Of a DNA stretch of 32,000 bases, positions 12,560-23,131 are shown in pieces (the stretch's first letter is position 1; every line of letters begins with the position of its first letter). Position numbers and translations under genes: made by a program. The notes under the pieces were generated by a model. That model was not told the origin of the DNA, did no database searches, and saw only the letters and a list, made by a program, of their open reading frames with translations. Location of the stretch: positions 780,001 to 812,000 of the forward strand of contig CP042461.1 in assembly GCA_004563595.2 (NCBI GenBank), read 5' to 3'. The DNA is from Candidatus Saccharimonadota bacterium (GTDB lineage: Bacteria; Patescibacteriota; Gracilibacteria; BD1-5; UBA6164).

Positions 12560-12689
12560 TCTATTATATCTAAACAATTAAATTATTAGGCCCATTATAT
12601 TCAATATCTATTATTTTCAAGGGGAAAAACTTTACATTTTCATATGAAAGACTAAAATCATATTTAATTACAAACTAATACAATAAAGA

Positions 12690-13472
12690 ATGAAAATTAT
12701 CTCTTGGAATGTAAATTGAATAAGAGCTGTTGCAAAAAAATGATTTAAAGATTTTGTAAAGTCAGAAAATCCTGACATATTAGCTATACAAGAAACAAAA
12801 GCGTTTGAAGATCAATTTTTAAAAGAAGTATGAGAATTGGAATGATATGATTATATATGGCATTCTTGAACAAGAGCATGATATGCAGGTACAGCAATTT
12901 TTTATAAAAAAAATCTTCTGCCTACATCATCAAAAAATAATTTCTGAGAAATTACACATTTCTATGAAGATGGAAGAATTACAGAAGTAGATTTTTGAGA
13001 TTTCATCCTTATAAACGGTTATTATCCTAATGGTTGAACAAGAGCAGATGGAACCGAAATGGTAAGTTATAAACTCGATTTTTATGATCATATTATTTCA
13101 TATTCAAATAAGCTGATTGAAGCATGAAGAAATATAGTACTCACATGAGACTTTAATGTTTGCCATAAAGAAGCCGATATAGCAAGACCAAAAGAAAATA
13201 AAAATTCAATTTGATTCTTGCCAATTGAAAGAGAAAAAGTAACAGAATTATTAAAAAACTGATATATTGATACATTTAGGCATTTATATCCAAAACAAAC
13301 TGACACCTATTCATGGTGGTCATATAGAGCTGGAGCAAGGCCGAGAAATGTAGGCTGGAGGATAGATTATTTTGTAGTAAACGAAAGCTTCATAGAAAAA
13401 GTAAAAAATATGAAATACTTAACCGATGTAATGTGAAGTGACCATTGTCCTATTCTATTAGAATTACAATAA
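12690..13472 (+). CDS. xth: exodeoxyribonuclease III (260 aa)
   Basis: MKIISWNVNGIRA...ILAIQETK...LTGDFNVCHKEADIARPKEN...YSWWSYRAGARPRNVGWRIDYF...SDHCPILLEL: all EEP/ExoIII catalytic motifs are present, and Trp is encoded by TGG. Confidence 0.9.
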
Positions 13473-13476
13473 AATA

Positions 13477-14145
13477 ATGAATACCTTTGATAAAAGATTC
13501 TTTCAAAAATATACTCCCGAATGACAAGATATCCGAGGAATAGTACATCAACATCCGATTGATGTACTATGAAGAGTATTTTTATGGCTCTGACTTGGAG
13601 CACTTTTACCAAGTTTTCTCTATTATTACTCCATATCAATCAAAGACTTAATCCCCTTTTACCTACTTGAGTGATTCCTAATTATTATATACATAAAAAT
13701 TATTTACGATATATTTGATTGGTATAATGATGTATGGATTATTACAAATGATTGAGTCATTGATCTCGATCGGTCAATATTCAAAGCAAAAATGCAGACA
13801 ATTTCATATGATAATATCGAGTGATTAGAAGTAGAAGAAAACTGAATTATTGATAAAGTGCTTAAAAAATGAGACCTGATTATTCACAAGATTTGAGCTG
13901 ATGCTTTTGTAATATATGATGCAGTACAACCATATAAAGCTCTCAATTTAATTGAAAGAGTAAAACATGAAATAGATGAAGAAGGTCTCATGTGACAAGA
14001 TAAATTTGATGTTATTATGGATGCTCTTTGATGAGTAGTAGAAAATTATCTTGATAATAAATGAATGACAAATAAAAAAATAGATGATGAAGATGAACTC
14101 ATAGAACAATATCAAGATAATGAAGACACTATTGATTTAAGATAA
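13477..14145 (+). CDS. membrane protein with bacterial PH-like (bPH_2/YdbT-like) domain (222 aa)
   Basis: Two hydrophobic helices (VFLWLGLGALLPSFLYYY; FYLLEGFLIIIYIKIIY) are followed by WYNDVWIITNDGVIDLDRSIF...ISYDNIEGLEVEENGIIDKVLKKGDLIIH and an acidic tail. Confidence 0.6.
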
Positions 14146-16010
14146 TGATTTATATGCCAAATTTAGATTTACAACATATCCCTAAGTCTCCTTGAATATA
14201 TAAATACTTTAATAAGGAATGAACCATAATTTACATATGAAAATCTGTAAATCTTTTTTCACGTGTAAATAGTTACTTCAATGGAAAATCAAAGCTCAAC
14301 TTTGCAAAGAAAAAAATGGTAGAACAAATAGTGAGGATTGAAACTATTATAACAACAAATGAAACTGAAAGCTTGATATTAGAGACAACTCTTATAAAAC
14401 AACACAAACCAAAATATAATATTTTAATGAAAGATGACAAAAATCATCTTTATATCAAAATTACAGATACAACCTTTCCAAAAATACTCAAAACAAGGAT
14501 CAAAACAAAATCCTGAGTATATTTTTGACCATATATAAGTACTTTTCATGTTAATAATATATTAAAGATAATTAAGAAACACTTTTGATATGGTTGTCAT
14601 GATATTCATTTTTTTAAAGAATGATGATGATATAATTTAGATAAATATTTATTTAAAAATAACGGGATCATCTCTCGTCCTCATACTTCTAGTACCCCAT
14701 TTAATAATGACGGGGGTGAAAAAATAGAAGATACAGTTATTAACGAATATAATCAGCAGATAAAAAATATAAAAAAATTTTTGAAATGAAATTTTCAAGA
14801 TGTTATTTCAAGTATTGAGGAAAAAATGAAATCTCATGCAAAAGAGCTTAACTTTGAAGAGGCTCAAAAAGCAAAAGAGCAAATTGAATCCATCAAAAGT
14901 CTAGAGATAAATCAAAATGTTCGTGATGCAGTACAATGAGATTATAACGTAATTCATTATTTAGAAAAATTTGATAGTTTCTATATATGACTCATAGAAA
15001 TTCGTGACTCAAAAATAACATGATTCAATAATTTTGAAATCTCAGCAAAACTTTGAGAAACAAAAGAAGAATTATTAAAGATTTTTATAGAAAATAGGTA
15101 TATCTCAGATAGAGAAGAAAAAATAAAATGTAGTTATATACTTCCTATAAAATTAGATGATATTCTAGAAGATATAAAAATTGAGCTCCCCAAAAAATGA
15201 GCAAAACTTGAGTTATTACAACTGACATACAAAAATATATATGAATATGCTTATAAAAAATATCTCAACTCCCTTTCTACAAAAGGCTTTACAAAAGCTA
15301 CCATGAAAAATTTACTAAAAACACTTTGATATAATCAAATAAATAAATCTCTCATTTTTGAATGTAATGACATATCTCATTTAGCCTGAAGTCATACTGT
15401 TGCAAGTAGAAGCATTATAGAAAATTGAAAAAGTAATACATCAAAATACAAAAAATTTAAGATTAAAACTCTTGAGTCATGAAAAATTGATGATTTTTGA
15501 AGTATGAAAGAAATAATGGAAAGAAGGCTCAAAGAAATAGAAAAATCAGGAATAATTCCTGATTTAATAATTATTGACTGAGGAAAATGACAACTCAATA
15601 GTGTTATAAAGATAATTCATAGGTTTAAAAGTGAACACTCAAATAAAGAAACTCTAGAACTTATAAATAATCTACAAGTTGTTTCAATCGCAAAAAGAGA
15701 AGAAGAATTATTCCTTCCATGAGAAAGTGAACCAATTTTACTCGATAAAGAAAGCTTAGAACTCAGACTTATTCAAAAAATAAGAGATGAAGCTCATAGG
15801 TTTGCTATTACCTTTAACAGAGACAAAAGAATCAAAGCAATGAAAACAAACTTACTTGAATCTCTTCCATGATTTTGACCTATTACAAGAAAAAAAATAC
15901 TGAAAACGTATTGAAGTGTTAATAAGCTATCAGGAATAAAAAAGCAAGAGCTTGAGAAAATCTTAAACAAGAATCAAATTCAAACCCTTGAAGATCATTG
16001 AATTATTTAA
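14145..16010 (+). CDS. uvrC: excinuclease ABC subunit C (621 aa)
   Basis: GIY-YIG N-terminus [33 protein letters not shown]...[24 protein letters not shown]-like segment [17 protein letters not shown]. Endonuclease core [10 protein letters not shown]...PDLIIIDGGKGQLN...[14 protein letters not shown]-terminal Hh[18 protein letters not shown]. The ATG overlaps the upstream TAA (TAATG). Confidence 0.9.
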
Positions 16011-16080
16011 TATAAATTAACCTTTACAAAAGCCTCATATTTTGTACACTAAATCTAGACTTATTTTCAATATAATTTTT

Positions 16081-16602
16081 ATGCCAGATATACTAAAAAA
16101 ATACAAACAAAATAGACTTATTTCTAATGCCTGAGTTATTGCAGCAAGCTTGGTCATAGCGTTAGGTATAAATTTTATTGTCATTGATGGTACAAATATC
16201 TGACAAAGTTTAAAAACAAGTGTCCTCAACTCTCAATGAGTTAAAATAGACTCTGATATTTTTCTTGAAAAAAATGATGATGGATTTCAAGTAGTTACCT
16301 CTAAAAATATTGGTAATATACAAACCCTTACTCTTAGCTTTGCATATAACTCTGAAAATATATCAATTGATAACTTTAAAACTGAAAATGCTGAAATTGT
16401 GAACCTTGATAATACACCTTGAATAAATTCAATTATTATTAACTTCAAAGAAGCAACTAATATCGATGTAAAATGAAATATCTTACAATTTGATTTTCAC
16501 AGAAAGAATAATAAATCAGAGAATATAAACATCATGAATGCTAATTTCACTGATAATACTTGAGAAACATACCTATTATCAACATCTTGACTCACTTTTT
16601 AA
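16081..16602 (+). CDS. hypothetical N-terminally anchored protein (173 aa)
   Basis: The ATG is followed by a TM segment GVIAASLVIALGINFIV and then a beta-rich N/S/T-rich region. The frame is open under table 25. No family recognised. Confidence 0.5.
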
Positions 16603-16610
16603 TATTAATT

Positions 16611-17405
16611 ATGTTTATAGATACTCACTGTCACCCACTCTTATCAAAAGAGAAAACTGAAGAATTTATTATTGAAAATTTTCAGAAGTCAGGCTGAAAA
16701 TACTTGGTTTCTATTTGAACAAATTTAAATTCAAGTAAACAAAGTCTTGAATTAGCAAATAGATATGACTGTATCTATTCCACAATATGAATACATCCAA
16801 CTGATACTATAGAACTAGAATGAAAACTTGATGAATCTATAGACTTTTTAGAAGACATATACCTAGCAGATAAGGATAAAGTAGTTTGAGTATGAGAGTG
16901 TTGACTTGATTATCATTGGCTCAGTAAAGAAAACACAGAACATGAAAAAAAAATACAAAAAGAATTCTTTCTCGCACAAATTAAACTCGCAAAAAAATAC
17001 AAGCTTCCACTTATTATTCATAACAGAGATGCTTGAAATGATATACTTGATATCTTATCTCAAGCAAAATATGAAAATTTTATTATTCACTGCTTTTCTG
17101 AGAACCTTGAATTTGCAAAAAAATGTATCGAAATATCTCCAAAATGTAAACTTGCATTTTGATGAATCGTTACATTTAAAAATACATATGATATACAAGA
17201 AGCTGCTCAAAAAATTCCACTTGAAAATTTGATTATAGAAACTGATAGCCCATACCTCACACCAACACCCTATAGAGGAAAAGAAGAAAATGAACCAAAA
17301 TATGTACAATATGTCCTTGAAAAAATAATTGAACTCAGAGATGAAGATCCTGAACTGATTAAAAAACAAATTTTTCAAAATAGCTTAGATATTTTTAATA
17401 TTTAA
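16611..17405 (+). CDS. tatD: TatD-family metal-dependent hydrolase/DNase (264 aa)
   Basis: MFIDTHCHP..., GIHP, GECGLDYHW, LPLIIHNRDA, IIHCFS and [22 protein letters not shown]-like motifs give the full TatD metal-ligand pattern. Confidence 0.9.
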
Positions 17406-17425
17406 TTCAGATAAAGAATCCGACC

Positions 17426-17457
17426 AAAAAAAAGAACAATAAATTGTTCTTTTTTTA
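17426..17457. terminator. weak bidirectional hairpin
   Basis: aaaaaaaAGAACAataaatTGTTCTttttttt lies between the tatD stop (17405) and the convergent stop at 17455. The stem is short. Confidence 0.45.
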
Positions 17458-18339
17458 ATTTGATGCAAATAACTCATCATTTTCTGAAATTTCATTTAAT
17501 CACAGCTCCATTAACATTTCTTTGAAATCATCACTATTGCTATATAATTCTTTACAAAAATCATAAATATCGTCGATATCTAATCAATTATTATTACTCG
17601 TTTTAAAGTATTTTTTAAATGAAAGCAAAACAGAATCAGGAATAAGTACCATTACTTTCTTTGGACCAACAAATTCAATTGCTCACTCTTTTATTGCTAG
17701 AAAAATCGATTCAACAATAAGAAATAATTGCTCTTTTTTTGAAAGTGTATCAAACTCACCTTCGAGTCAGACTAAAAATTTACTAATTACATCTCATGAC
17801 TGAGATGTAAACTCGTCATAACTACTTTGAAACCTATCTGATAATGTTGCCTGAGATCATTCTGAACGCTTTAAGTTATCAATTCCAGTAGAAAAAAAGT
17901 CTAACATAGAGTCACTGAGATCATCTAGTTTATTTAACACTACTGTATTAAATAATGAATCAGATTCAACCAGCTGTCAAAGTGTTTTATTGTCACTTCT
18001 TGTTTGTAAGTTTCATATTTCAATTACAATTTCTTGAGAAAGTTTAAATCTAGCTGATAGACTTTTTTTTGTTATAGAATCATATCACTTAATTATATTT
18101 TCTAAAGCTTGTAATTTCTTTTTTAAAGGTTGAATAAGCTTCCAATCAACGGTCTCTTTGTTATCGTAGATTTCTAAAACTGCCTGTTTTAAGTCTATTA
18201 AATCATCAGAAATTTTTTGCTTATTATGAAAATTGCCTAATAAATCTTCAATATTTTCAATATCAGAAATAAGTCATTGGAAAGATTCTTCCAAATCATC
18301 AGTGTATCTCTGATTATATTCTTGAGCTGACAAAGACAT
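17455..18339 (-). CDS. hypothetical acidic, probably all-helical protein (294 aa) co-transcribed with the PilB-like ATPase
   Basis: The start lies 12 nt after the ATPase stop. The frame is open under table 25 (MSLSAQEYNQRYTDDLEESFQG...NDELFASN). No TM segment and no recognised motif. Confidence 0.6.
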
Positions 18340-18351
18340 TTTAGTGTTATT

Positions 18352-19566
18352 TTAATATTCTAAATCAATAATATCAGTAATATTTACTGATCATTCCAAA
18401 GCTTTATATAGAGCATCAATATAAAAAGGAATAAATCATTTTTTTAAAAGGGCTTCTTTTAATTCTGTCTCTCATGCATTTGATAATAGTAAATCATATA
18501 TATCATCATCTATTTCAGCTATTTCTGATAATACTACCGATCAGTTATAACCTTTATTACATTTTTCACATCCTCATGGGTTATTCTTGAAAACTGCAAT
18601 AATATCATCATTAATATATTTTTGAAAAATTTCTGGAAGTGTATTTTTATTAATCTTAGTCTCAACTTTGCAACTTTCACAAAGTCCTTTTATCATTTTT
18701 TGTGAAATTATATATTTAATCCCGCTTGCTAACAAATATGAATCAATTCATAATTGACGAATTCTCGTTACTACTGAAATAGAGTTATTCGAATGAATGG
18801 TTCACATGACAATATGTCAGGTATTGGCAGCTTCCAAACAAGTCTGAGCCTCTTCTTTTCTTCTTATTTCTCAAATCATAATTACATCTGGATCTTGCCT
18901 GAGTATTCAGACTAAACCTTCAGAAAATGTATAAGAATTTTTATTACTTGAACTTCATTTTACAGTTTTAATTTGTGACTGAACATATCAATCTATTTGA
19001 TACTCAATTGGATCTTCAAGAGTAAAAATTCATGACACATCTGGGTCAAATTCATTTAAAAGGGCATATAAAGTTGTTGTTTTTCAACTTCATGTCCCTC
19101 AACACACAAGTACTAATCATTCTTGAATACTCGTGACTCTTTTTAATAATTTTGCATTGTTTTCAGAAAATCATAATCAACTAATTTGTAAATAGTTACT
19201 TTCAGTTAATAAAAGCCTTATAACAATATTTTCTCCATAGATTGTTGGAAGACTTGAAACTCTTCCATTTACTCAAACCTGTTTTGTATTTACAGCAAGA
19301 TTCATGAAGATCTTTCCATCTTGGATATGATTATGCTCACTAATATCCATCCCTGACAAGACCTTAATCGAGTTAATAAACTTATCGTGGAGTTCTGGAG
19401 AAAAAGAATATAATGTATGGAGCTCTCATGATATTCTAAATTTCACATTTACTTCATTTTTTCATGGAGAGATATGTATGTCTGAAGCTTTATATGAAAC
19501 TCCTCATTGTATAAGTTTCTCTATAAAGTTATTTGAATCATCAAAAGAAATATGTTTTTTTTCCAT
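18352..19566 (-). CDS. pilB: type II/IV secretion (GspE/PilB-family) assembly ATPase, short form (404 aa)
   Basis: ASDIHISP...; Walker A LVCGGTGSGKTTT (three Gly encoded by TGA); Asp box TLEDPIEY; Walker B/His box ILRQDPDVIMIGEIR...TGHIVMGTIHSN; tetracysteine Zn motif CESC...CEKC, which is typical of PilB/GspE rather than PilT. The long N-terminal domain of canonical PilB is absent, so the symbol is a family-level assignment. Confidence 0.85.
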
Positions 19567-19733
19567 CTATACACACGAATAAAAATTAAATATTTTATAC
19601 TAAATAATAACATATATTTAACAAAACTACAAAAAATCCTGAATTAAGTTTAAATTAAGTTTTCTTTAAGGTAGAATCATTATATTAAATCGCCCAGACA
19701 CTCTACCGTTTTATATTTTTAAATATACTCAAT

Positions 19734-19865
19734 ATGCAGAATAAGGAATTTAAAAATCAGGTAAATGATAATATTCTCAAAGTCCAAAAAATTTGGAAAA
19801 TTATTTCTAAAACATCCTGGGCAAGCTGATTATTATTATCACTTCCCCATAACAATACAAAATAA
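19734..19865 (+). CDS. possible small ORF (43 aa)
   Basis: ATG..TAA with one TGA (MQNKEFKNQVNDNILKVQKIWKIISKTSWASGLLLSLPHNNTK), ending directly at a good hairpin. That hairpin also serves the convergent gene, so support is weak. Confidence 0.25.
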
Positions 19866-19889
19866 AAAGCACCTTAATTGGTGCTTTTT
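19864..19889. terminator. bidirectional rho-independent terminator
   Basis: aaaaAGCACCttaattGGTGCTtttt: a GC-rich 6-bp stem with A- and T-tracts. The convergent DUF1761-like gene stops at 19901. Confidence 0.65.
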
Positions 19890-19900
19890 ATAATTATAAT

Positions 19901-20296
19901 TTATACATAAAACATAATACTTAGCATTCAAGCATAAGCTAAAATAGAATAAATAGAATTAAGAAGAACCAATACGAATTTTTCTTGTTCCCAAATATAT
20001 TTAGAAACTTCATTTGTTGATACAATTATACCAATTATTACAGCAAAAATTAAATTTTGTTCAAGTGTTGAGATTCACAGTAAATATGATCATCCACTTA
20101 AAATAATAGCTATAGACAAAGCATTAATTATCGCTTTTACCATTGCATGTAATGGCATTTTTTTATTTTGCATATCTTCATGAATAAAGCCCTTTGCTTT
20201 GCACCATATTTTTCAGAACATTGCTGAAGAATACCAAAACATTCATAATGCTATATAAAAAACTCACGCAAGAATAATTCACATTAATTCACTCAT
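19901..20296 (-). CDS. DUF1761-like small membrane protein (131 aa)
   Basis: N-terminus MSELMGIILAGVFYIALGMFWYSSAMFGKIWCKAKG matches the DUF1761 hallmark (LG-lWYs-lFGk-W), followed by 3 more hydrophobic segments. Confidence 0.65.
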
Positions 20297-20363
20297 AAAA
20301 AAATTTTTAAATATTAAATCATTAATGAGAGTATAACAGATAATAGAATTATTCAAAAAAATA

Positions 20364-21692
20364 TTATATATTTTTATACCTTTTTGCCCACCATTTAATT
20401 GCAATTGGAGCAGATATATCAAGAAGTAATATAGTAACAACAATCACCGATATAAATGTACTTGATTCTTCTATCAACCCAGCACTAATTCATACTCATA
20501 GAATTACAAATGCAAGTACATCTCTTGGCCACATTCAAAATCAAACAAGTACTGAATCATTAAAGCTAAGTTTTGCTGTATACCTTGCAGCAAATGAGGC
20601 TGAGATAAATTGAAAAACTGCTATAAAAATAAATAAGACGAAAGCGCTCGAGAATATTTCTGAAATATTTTGTCAATCAATGATTAATTTTGAACCTAGG
20701 TATATAAAAAATATTGGTCATAAAAAATGATTTGCTAGAGAGTACATAACTCCAGTTAAACTTTTATAATTTGTTTCAACCTCATCGTGAGGGAGTTCAT
20801 CACTTTTTTTATATTTATCAGGAGAATAAAACATATCCACATGAAGAATCAATCCAGTAAGATATGCTCATATAGCTACATGTAATCACATTACATGAGA
20901 AAATATAGAAAGTGAAAATATTAAAAATAAAGTTGTTGGGATCATAATTTCAACTTTATGAAACTTTTTTGTAAACCACTTTAATCAGATTAATTTAAAA
21001 AAAGTTGTAGATGTTTTTCATACACTTTTTGCCAGTGTATCATTCATCCTTACTTGTGAGTGTTCACTTGGAAAAATAATAACAGCTAGTATATAAAAAA
21101 CTCCAAAACATAAAAATAATAAAAATAATTTTCCTAATGTTTCAAAAATTATAGAGCTCATATCTACCACTCAACCAGATTGATAGAGTACAAATGTTGA
21201 AAATACAGCAGACATAGTAATAATTGAAATGAATCCATCGGCCATAGCTGCAGCAACTATAGATTTAGCACCTGGTGTATTTTGGAGTTTTAGGCTTTGT
21301 AGAATCGCAATTGTAAAAGGAACAGCTGTAGCCGTAAATATGAATCAAGCGACTATTGCTTCATGAAAGGTAAATCACAAAAATGAAATTCATAAATATG
21401 CACCAAGAAATGGTCAAATAGCTCCAATGATGGCAACCCATTTATTCTCAATTACTTTTTTAAAAAACGTCTTTGAATTTTCCATCCACCCTGCGTAAAA
21501 CATAAGGAAGATAACTCATATTTCAGATAAAAATGCGAAAACTTCACTTTCTCTCGGTAATATATCTAATTTTGTAATAATAAATCAAAGAATAATATAG
21601 ACAAGTACGTCTACTATTTTTAATCAATGTGCAATAATCTTTGAAAGTACAATTATTGCGATCAAAATTGAGAGCAAAGCTAAAGAATCCAT
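20364..21692 (-). CDS. cation:proton antiporter, CPA2/Na_H_exchanger family (442 aa)
   Basis: About 11-12 hydrophobic segments, with family-typical stretches LSEIGVIFLMFYAGW, FTATAVPFTIAIL, IVAAAMADGFISII and GAYLTGLIL. Confidence 0.8.
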
Positions 21693-21780
21693 AAAACAAG
21701 AAAATTATGAGAAATAAACAAACGTATATAAATATATAGTATTTTTTAAAATATAAAAATATAAAATAAATTATGCATTA

Positions 21781-21809
21781 AAAAAAGAGATATACGAATC
21801 TCTTTTTTT
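21781..21809. terminator. hairpin terminator after the PTD-repeat gene
   Basis: aaaaAAGAGATatacgaATCTCTTttttt lies immediately downstream (minus sense) of the stop at 21808-21810. Confidence 0.55.
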
Positions 21810-23025
21810 AATTTTCTAAACAAATCGTAAATGCCCAAAAATAATTATAAACTGGATCAGTTGTTTTATATGCAACAGCTCCAATCTTAACACCAGCTAC
21901 ATTAAATACTTTATAGTAATCTCCTCAACTTGTTTCATTTGAAATAAATAAGTTCCAAGTCGCTTCTGGGAGTTCTAAAGTAGTAATACTCGAGATATTT
22001 GAATAGATTTTGAATTCATTAAAACCTATTGGACAAGCTTGGATAGTTGGGAAAATAGGGCTTCTCATAGAATCTACTACTACTTTTAATTGTTTTCATC
22101 AACTTACGTATGCAGTATTATTGAAATAACCTAGTGGATCTGTTGGGTCCGTTGGGTCCGTTGGATCCGTTGGATCTGTTGGGTCCGTTGGGTCCGTTGG
22201 GTCCGTTGGGTCCGTTGGGTCCGTTGGGTCCGTTGGGTCCGTTGGGTCCGTTGGGTCCGTTGGATCTGTTGGGTCCGTTGGATCTGTTGGGTCTGTTGGA
22301 TCTGTTGGGTCCGTTGGATCTGTTGGGTCCGTTGGATCTGTTGGGTCCGTTGGATCTGTTGGGTCCGTTGGATCTGTTGGGTCCGTTGGATCTGTTGGGT
22401 CCGTTGGATCTGTTGGGTCCGTTGGATCTGTTGGGTCCGTTGGATCTGTTGGGTCCGTTGGATCTGTTGGGTCCGTTGGATCTGTTGGGTCCGTTGGAGT
22501 TACTATAACTGGAGTTGTTGTTTCTTGTAGTGGTTCTTCTTCTGTTATGATTTCAGTTTCTTTTACTACTTCCTCTACAATATCAGTTGAATCTTCGATA
22601 ATATCTGTTTTTCACTTTTCTGTCACTGTGGAACTATCAGGTTCTGTTGATCAATTAGTATTTTGACTAGAAGAGCTTCATTTGTTAGATGTACTTGTAG
22701 AGTTTGTATTTTCTGATCACTCAGAAGTATTTGATTGATCAGGTGCAGATGCATAAGGAACCTCTTCATTAATTCACTCTCATTCAGAAGCTTGAGTAGA
22801 AGTTTCATTTGAAGTTCACTCTGGTCATTCAGATGAAGTATCAGTTTCTTCCTGTTGATCCGGACTTGAAACCTCAATTACTATTAATTTCTCACTTTCC
22901 TGAAAAGAAGGAATAAATGCAAATACTACTCATCAACTTATAAGCACTCAAACAAAACCCAAAAGTACGATCGTTTTATGATATTCAAAAAATATCATAA
23001 AGTCATTTATCCAATCATTTAACAT
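21808..23025 (-). CDS. membrane-anchored surface protein with (Pro-Thr-Asp)x40 repeat linker (405 aa)
   Basis: N-terminal TM segment (TIVLLGFVGVLISGGVVFAFI), about 130 aa of S/T/E/N-rich acidic low complexity, 120 aa of uninterrupted PTD repeats, then a C-terminal domain of about 108 aa (PLGYFNNTAYVSGGKQLKVVVDS...YNYFWAFTICLEN). The track + strand ORF 22134..22508 is the antisense shadow of the repeat. Confidence 0.75.
22135..22494 (-). repeat. 40 tandem 9-bp units (coding sense ACGGACCCA / ACAGATCCA)
   Basis: I counted 40 in-phase units directly. There are 9 consecutive ACGGACCCA units (22180-22260) and 11 perfect 18-bp alternating pairs (22297-22494). Two hybrid units sit at 22162 and 22288. 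All differences are synonymous third-position changes. The repeat is a GC-rich island in AT-rich DNA. Confidence 0.95.
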
Positions 23026-23087
23026 AAATTTAATTTTTTATTTTCTATAAACTATGTAAAAGGATATCATACTTATATATATATAGC

Positions 23088-23120
23088 AAAAAACAACTCA
23101 TAAAAATGAGTTGTTTTTTT
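23088..23120. terminator. hairpin terminator between pilin gene and PTD-repeat gene
   Basis: aaaaAACAACTCAtaaaaaTGAGTTGTTttttt: a 9-bp stem just downstream (minus sense) of the pilin stop at 23132. Confidence 0.55.
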
Positions 23121-23131
23121 AAATATTAATC

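Noticed and set aside
12560-12689. CIRCE (HrcA operator) upstream of grpE
   Set aside because: No TTAGCACTC-N9-GAGTGCTAA-like inverted repeat is present. grpE also stands alone, without adjacent hrcA or dnaK.
22135-22494. Possible CRISPR array because of many short direct repeats
   Set aside because: The units are 9 bp, strictly contiguous with no spacers, and in phase with a coding frame. This is a coding microsatellite.
22134-22508. Track ORF on the + strand encoding a GPL/DLL-rich 124-aa repeat protein
   Set aside because: It is the antisense reading of the 9-bp repeat. The minus-strand frame is continuous with a TM-anchored N-terminus and a C-terminal domain (21808-23025) and gives (PTD)40, so the + strand ORF is a shadow.
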